Shown in pieces: positions 22,014 to 25,916 of a DNA stretch of 25,916 nt. The DNA comes from a virus (Duplodnaviria; Heunggongvirae; Uroviricota; Caudoviricetes). The stretch covers positions 1 through 25,916 of the IMG/VR virus record IMGVR_UViG_2597490230_000001; one strand, given 5' to 3'. Position 1 is the first letter of the stretch. Each line of letters opens with the position of its first letter. The notes below the pieces were generated by a model that was given only the letters and a program-made list of their open reading frames with translations, did no database searches and was not told the DNA's origin. Made by a program: the position numbers and the translations under genes.

Positions 22014-22559
22014 ATGGCCACTAATGCCTACTTAGAGCGCATGAATCAACTCCGTTCTGAAAGACGTCAGAATACAACTAGACAACTAGAAGAAGCGGGC
22101 GTTCCGATTCGTCGCCCTCAAGAACAACAAGCTCCAGTTTCACCATCAGGTGTTCCAACTGGGGAAGCCCCAATCCCGCAAGAAGATGAATCTTATAAAG
22201 ATACTCACTTCTACAACGCCTTTGAAGGTTATAAACAGAAAGACCCATATTTTAGTGGTGTCATGGATGAAATGACCAAACTGGCTACAGGTCTTCGTGA
22301 ACAAGTTAAACTTGGTTATATGCCAGAACAGGTTGCACGTCAGAGACTTACTCAATTTGTTGGAGATACCCAACAGCACTTCATTCGTAATAAGCCTAAG
22401 ATTCAAGAAGAAGAGAAGAATCGTCAAATGCAAGCCCTTCTTGGTGCAATCACACAGGTAACAGGTGCTCAGCAGGCTCAACAACAAGTTCCGCAGAATC
22501 AAGAAATCCCGCCTGAAGGTATTTCACCTGAACAGGCAGCTCAGATGGAGGGGCAATAA
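22014..22559 (+). CDS. putative internal virion protein
   Basis: 181 aa, helical and Gln-rich; SD AAGGAG; lies in the ejection-protein block. Confidence 0.65.
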   Translation: MATNAYLERMNQLRSERRQNTTRQLEEAGVPIRRPQEQQAPVSPSGVPTGEAPIPQEDESYKDTHFYNAFEGYKQKDPYFSGVMDEMTKLATGLREQVKLGYMPEQVARQRLTQFVGDTQQHFIRNKPKIQEEEKNRQMQALLGAITQVTGAQQAQQQVPQNQEIPPEGISPEQAAQMEGQ

Positions 22560-24196
22560 TGGCAGATTCACCAAGCTTAATGACTTATGCGATTGGCGCT
22601 CTTAATCCAGAGGTCGGGTATCAAATTGGTATGCAAAACGTGAAGAGAGTTGTTAGTCCTATTATTAACACTTCTCTTGCTGAGAATGATTTTAAAGAAG
22701 CTAATGGTCGTTATCCTAATTCCGCTGAAGAGCGTGATAATTGGGTTAAACAACAAGGTCAAGTTGAACGTGATAGAAGAGCCCAACAAGCTCAACAGAC
22801 TCCTCAACAGGACCCAAATACACCTCAGGGTGCATTAGCTCAACAATTACCTACACAACCAGCGACACAATATAGTGCTCAAGACCAAGCAGCTCAACAA
22901 AGAGGTGCTTTGCAGCAAGAGGCTCAAGCTAAGACAGTTCAACAGGCTCAAGCTGCTAAAGATGGTTATACTGATGTTCCTGATGCTGCTGAGAATCCAC
23001 AAGGTTTCCTGGCTGCTAAGAACAAGAATAAATCAGCAGGTGTAGGTGGTACTTCTGGTCAAATTAACTTTGGTGAAGGTGGTCCTAAAGCACCAACTCC
23101 TCAGCAATTGCAGAATATGCAACTGGACCAAGAAGGTAAGAAAGCTGCTTTTAATATGGACGACATGCCAGCTTGGTATGAGTCTCAATCTTTTAACTAT
23201 GGTTTGATTTCTTTTGGTTTGAACTTACTGTCTGGTAATGATTTAGCAACATCTTTTGCTGCTGCTGGTCAGGCCTTTGGTGACATGTATGGTCAAGAAC
23301 GTAGAAGTGCATGGGCTCAAGATTTGATTTCTCAAGGTTACACGCCTACTGAAGTTGAAGAGTACGTCCGCACTGGTAAATCTGATGTTCTGACAGACCC
23401 TATGAAGAAACAAGCTGCTCAGATTCAAATGCAGACTAACCTGCAACAACTCAACAACCTGCAATACGAAAACTCTGACGAAATGCGTCAATATAAGCTC
23501 GACCAAGACAAGTTCGACCGAGATATCAAAATCCAACAGTTGGAAGATTCTCGTGCTGCTCGTGCAGAATCGGCTGCTTTACGTCGTGAATCAATGGCTG
23601 CTGCTCAAGAAGAACGTGAGATTCGTCGACAAGAGCGAGCTGAAAGAGCTGCTGCTAAAGGTGCTGAGTATAAAGAAAGTTTGGCTAAGGCTGAGAACTG
23701 GTACACTCGTGCTAGACAGGGTTATAAGAACTACGAAGACACTGTTAAATCTTATGGTGGTGTTGACAAGATTTACTCCAACAATGCGTTTGGCAAGTTA
23801 ACTCAAGCTGCAATGACCGATATGGTCTTCTCTGGTGACCAAACCAAAGAGGTTGCTGCTAAGCAGTTGGATGAGAAATATGTTACCACTATTAACCGTG
23901 AACGTGAGTTCCTTGCTCCTCTGCTTCGTAAAGACTCTGGTGCTGCGATTTCTCAAGGCGAATGGAAAACCACAGGTGAGATTTACTTCCCACGTCCTGG
24001 TGATACCAAACTCGCACAAGAGCAGAAAGCACAATCCCGTGTTGTTGCAATGCTGGCAACTAACCCACATGCTTCTGGTGAACTTCGTTATGTTGTTGAC
24101 CAGTACACTCAGGGTAATGTGAAAGCACTTAAAGAGTTGAACGGTAAGGTTTACGCACAAAGTCCACAAGGACAGTGGTTTGAAGTTCCACAATAA
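22559..24196 (+). CDS. internal virion (ejection) protein
   Basis: 545 aa, Gln/Ala-rich coiled coil; start overlaps the upstream stop. Confidence 0.7.
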   Translation: MADSPSLMTYAIGALNPEVGYQIGMQNVKRVVSPIINTSLAENDFKEANGRYPNSAEERDNWVKQQGQVERDRRAQQAQQTPQQDPNTPQGALAQQLPTQPATQYSAQDQAAQQRGALQQEAQAKTVQQAQAAKDGYTDVPDAAENPQGFLAAKNKNKSAGVGGTSGQINFGEGGPKAPTPQQLQNMQLDQEGKKAAFNMDDMPAWYESQSFNYGLISFGLNLLSGNDLATSFAAAGQAFGDMYGQERRSAWAQDLISQGYTPTEVEEYVRTGKSDVLTDPMKKQAAQIQMQTNLQQLNNLQYENSDEMRQYKLDQDKFDRDIKIQQLEDSRAARAESAALRRESMAAAQEEREIRRQERAERAAAKGAEYKESLAKAENWYTRARQGYKNYEDTVKSYGGVDKIYSNNAFGKLTQAAMTDMVFSGDQTKEVAAKQLDEKYVTTINREREFLAPLLRKDSGAAISQGEWKTTGEIYFPRPGDTKLAQEQKAQSRVVAMLATNPHASGELRYVVDQYTQGNVKALKELNGKVYAQSPQGQWFEVPQ

Positions 24197-24207
24197 TGGA
24201 GAGATGA

Positions 24208-25916
24208 ATGAACTTAGTAACTGACCCAGAACTGTTAAAGGAGTTAGAATCTGGATATGGGGCATCTTCGGGTGCTCCGTCAGTTTCACCTCGTGGTGAG
24301 ACGAGTCCGGATGAACAAACTCAAAGCGCTCCACAGGAAGGTCGTAATTGGGGTTTATACAACCAGGAAGATGGTTCTATAATGGACTCTATCGGCTCTG
24401 GTATGTCTCGTCTTGGTAGGGCGACTGCTGCTGCATTCGTTCCAGTAGGCGATGATGATATGTCTGATTATGCAATCTCTCGCGCTCGTATTGCTAGTGC
24501 AGAGAACAAAGCAGATATGGAAAAACTTGGTTATGCAGGTCAAATTGCTGCTGGTGCAGCTACATATGCTCCTGTAATTGCCGCTGGTCTGGCTAACCCT
24601 GTTGCAGGTGCAGCTTTGATGGGTGGTGCAACAACTGCTGATTCACTTGCTTCTCAGTTGGATAATAATCAAGATTTAGACCTCGATTCGGCTCTTGGTG
24701 CAGGTATTACCTCTGCTGGTGTTGACCTTGCTACAATGGGTATGGCATCGAAAGGTATGGATATTGCAAAAACCCTGACCAGTCCTCTTCGTAGAGGTGC
24801 TGCTGGTACAGCGGTTCAGGCTGCTCAGGGTGCTACATCCAACGCCGCTGCTCAAGCTTCTATTAACTTGGCATCTGGCCGTCCTTGGAATGAAAACCTC
24901 GGAGAAGCAGCTACAATTGGTGCTGTTGCAGGTGGTGGTTTACATGCAACACTTTCCGGATTAAACAGAACTACTGGTAGTCCAGAAAATCCAGGTGGTA
25001 AGAAGTCTATAGACGACCAGGTTAAGTTTGAAACCAAATCTGGGATTACTCCTTCTAATGACTATCGTAACCAAGTTTACGAATACGACAATAAACGTTA
25101 CCAGTACGATAACGACATTGATAACATTGACATTGATAATATTGCCGATTTAGACTCTGCTGTTAAGGCTAAAGTTGGTCTGGCGATGGAAAACAGTACT
25201 GCATCTGCTGTTAAAGATGCTGCTAAGATTTATGAGAAGTACAACTTCCCTAACACAATTAACATTTGGGATGTAGAAGCTGGCCACGGTATTGCAAGTC
25301 CTGAAACTGGTAACATTGCTCGTGATTGGTTCCAATTCTCTCCACAACAACTGTCTGATGCTGGTGAATCTATTACCAGAGCTCGTCAAACAATCACAGG
25401 TCGTGCTAAAGCTCGTGAAGCTGGTGAATTCGATACGGCTTTCTCTGAGAAACTCAAAGAGTCTTATGATAAAGCGCAAACTGAGTTTGAATCAAGAGCT
25501 TCTGCTAACCACAGACTGATTGAGACGATTCGTGCTAATTCTCGTGATGCTGAACGTGGTGTAAAAGATAATCTTACTGACCTGTCTCGTAACCTTGACT
25601 CTTATCAGAAGATGATTCGTGACGCTAACAACGGCAAAGCTCCTGACATGGACACTCTTCGTCGTACAGTTGAAGACATTGAAAGATTGTCAAAACTCAC
25701 AGGTACTCGTGACCGTTTGAAATCCTTAGTAGATGACGGTGACCGCTTTGATGGTGTATCAAACCTTCAAACTGCACTGTTAGTTTCTCGTGGTACTAAG
25801 AAACTTGACACTTCTATTAAGAATGCTAACCCTAACTCAATGAAGGTTAATGCTCAAGCTGGTAACATGATTGATGCTGCTTCTGTTGCTACTGGACACC
25901 TTTGGGTTCCACTGTT
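24208..25916 (+). CDS. large internal virion protein, 5' part (runs off window)
   Basis: ATG 24208 with GGAG SD 6 nt upstream; MNLVTDPELLKELESGYG... The frame is still open at the window end (...ATGHLWVPL). It is absent from the ORF track, presumably because it has no stop. Confidence 0.85.
   Translation, partial: MNLVTDPELLKELESGYGASSGAPSVSPRGETSPDEQTQSAPQEGRNWGLYNQEDGSIMDSIGSGMSRLGRATAAAFVPVGDDDMSDYAISRARIASAENKADMEKLGYAGQIAAGAATYAPVIAAGLANPVAGAALMGGATTADSLASQLDNNQDLDLDSALGAGITSAGVDLATMGMASKGMDIAKTLTSPLRRGAAGTAVQAAQGATSNAAAQASINLASGRPWNENLGEAATIGAVAGGGLHATLSGLNRTTGSPENPGGKKSIDDQVKFETKSGITPSNDYRNQVYEYDNKRYQYDNDIDNIDIDNIADLDSAVKAKVGLAMENSTASAVKDAAKIYEKYNFPNTINIWDVEAGHGIASPETGNIARDWFQFSPQQLSDAGESITRARQTITGRAKAREAGEFDTAFSEKLKESYDKAQTEFESRASANHRLIETIRANSRDAERGVKDNLTDLSRNLDSYQKMIRDANNGKAPDMDTLRRTVEDIERLSKLTGTRDRLKSLVDDGDRFDGVSNLQTALLVSRGTKKLDTSIKNANPNSMKVNAQAGNMIDAASVATGHLWVPL

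Noticed and set aside
24204-24224. Alternative ATG giving MNELSN*
   Set aside because: Only 2 nt from the SD; ATG 24208 has proper spacing and an open frame.
25105-25150. GATAAC/GACATT short repeats
   Set aside because: Explained by a low-complexity DNDIDNIDIDNI peptide within the coding frame.
1-25916. Prophage, integrase, IS element, intron/intein or homing endonuclease
   Set aside because: No such motifs were seen; terL, portal and capsid frames are uninterrupted.

Overview
This window is the packaging and virion-structure arm of a lytic dsDNA podovirus, most similar in gene order to the phiEco32/SU10/7-11 group (family assignment is from recalled gene order, not a search). The host is probably an enterobacterium or other gammaproteobacterium. 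Positions 1-1750 are non-coding and AT-rich. They hold three tandem sigma70 promoters firing leftward toward early genes outside the window, four IHF-consensus sites, several short repeat families, a G-quadruplex motif and two late promoters; this is probably the genome-end region. All real genes are on the + strand: small terminase, a six-tRNA cluster with an unlisted 52-aa ORF, large terminase, portal, scaffold, two tandem major capsid paralogues (one plain, one fused to Ig-like domains) separated by a strong terminator, adaptor, a tail-appendage module built around a 967-aa glycoside-hydrolase-like protein, short fibre, nozzle and ejection proteins. The last ORF runs off the right edge. A bipartite motif GTAAKN-N16-RCTA occurs five times in front of late genes. 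No integrase, IS element, CRISPR array or rRNA was seen. All motif counts were made by eye.
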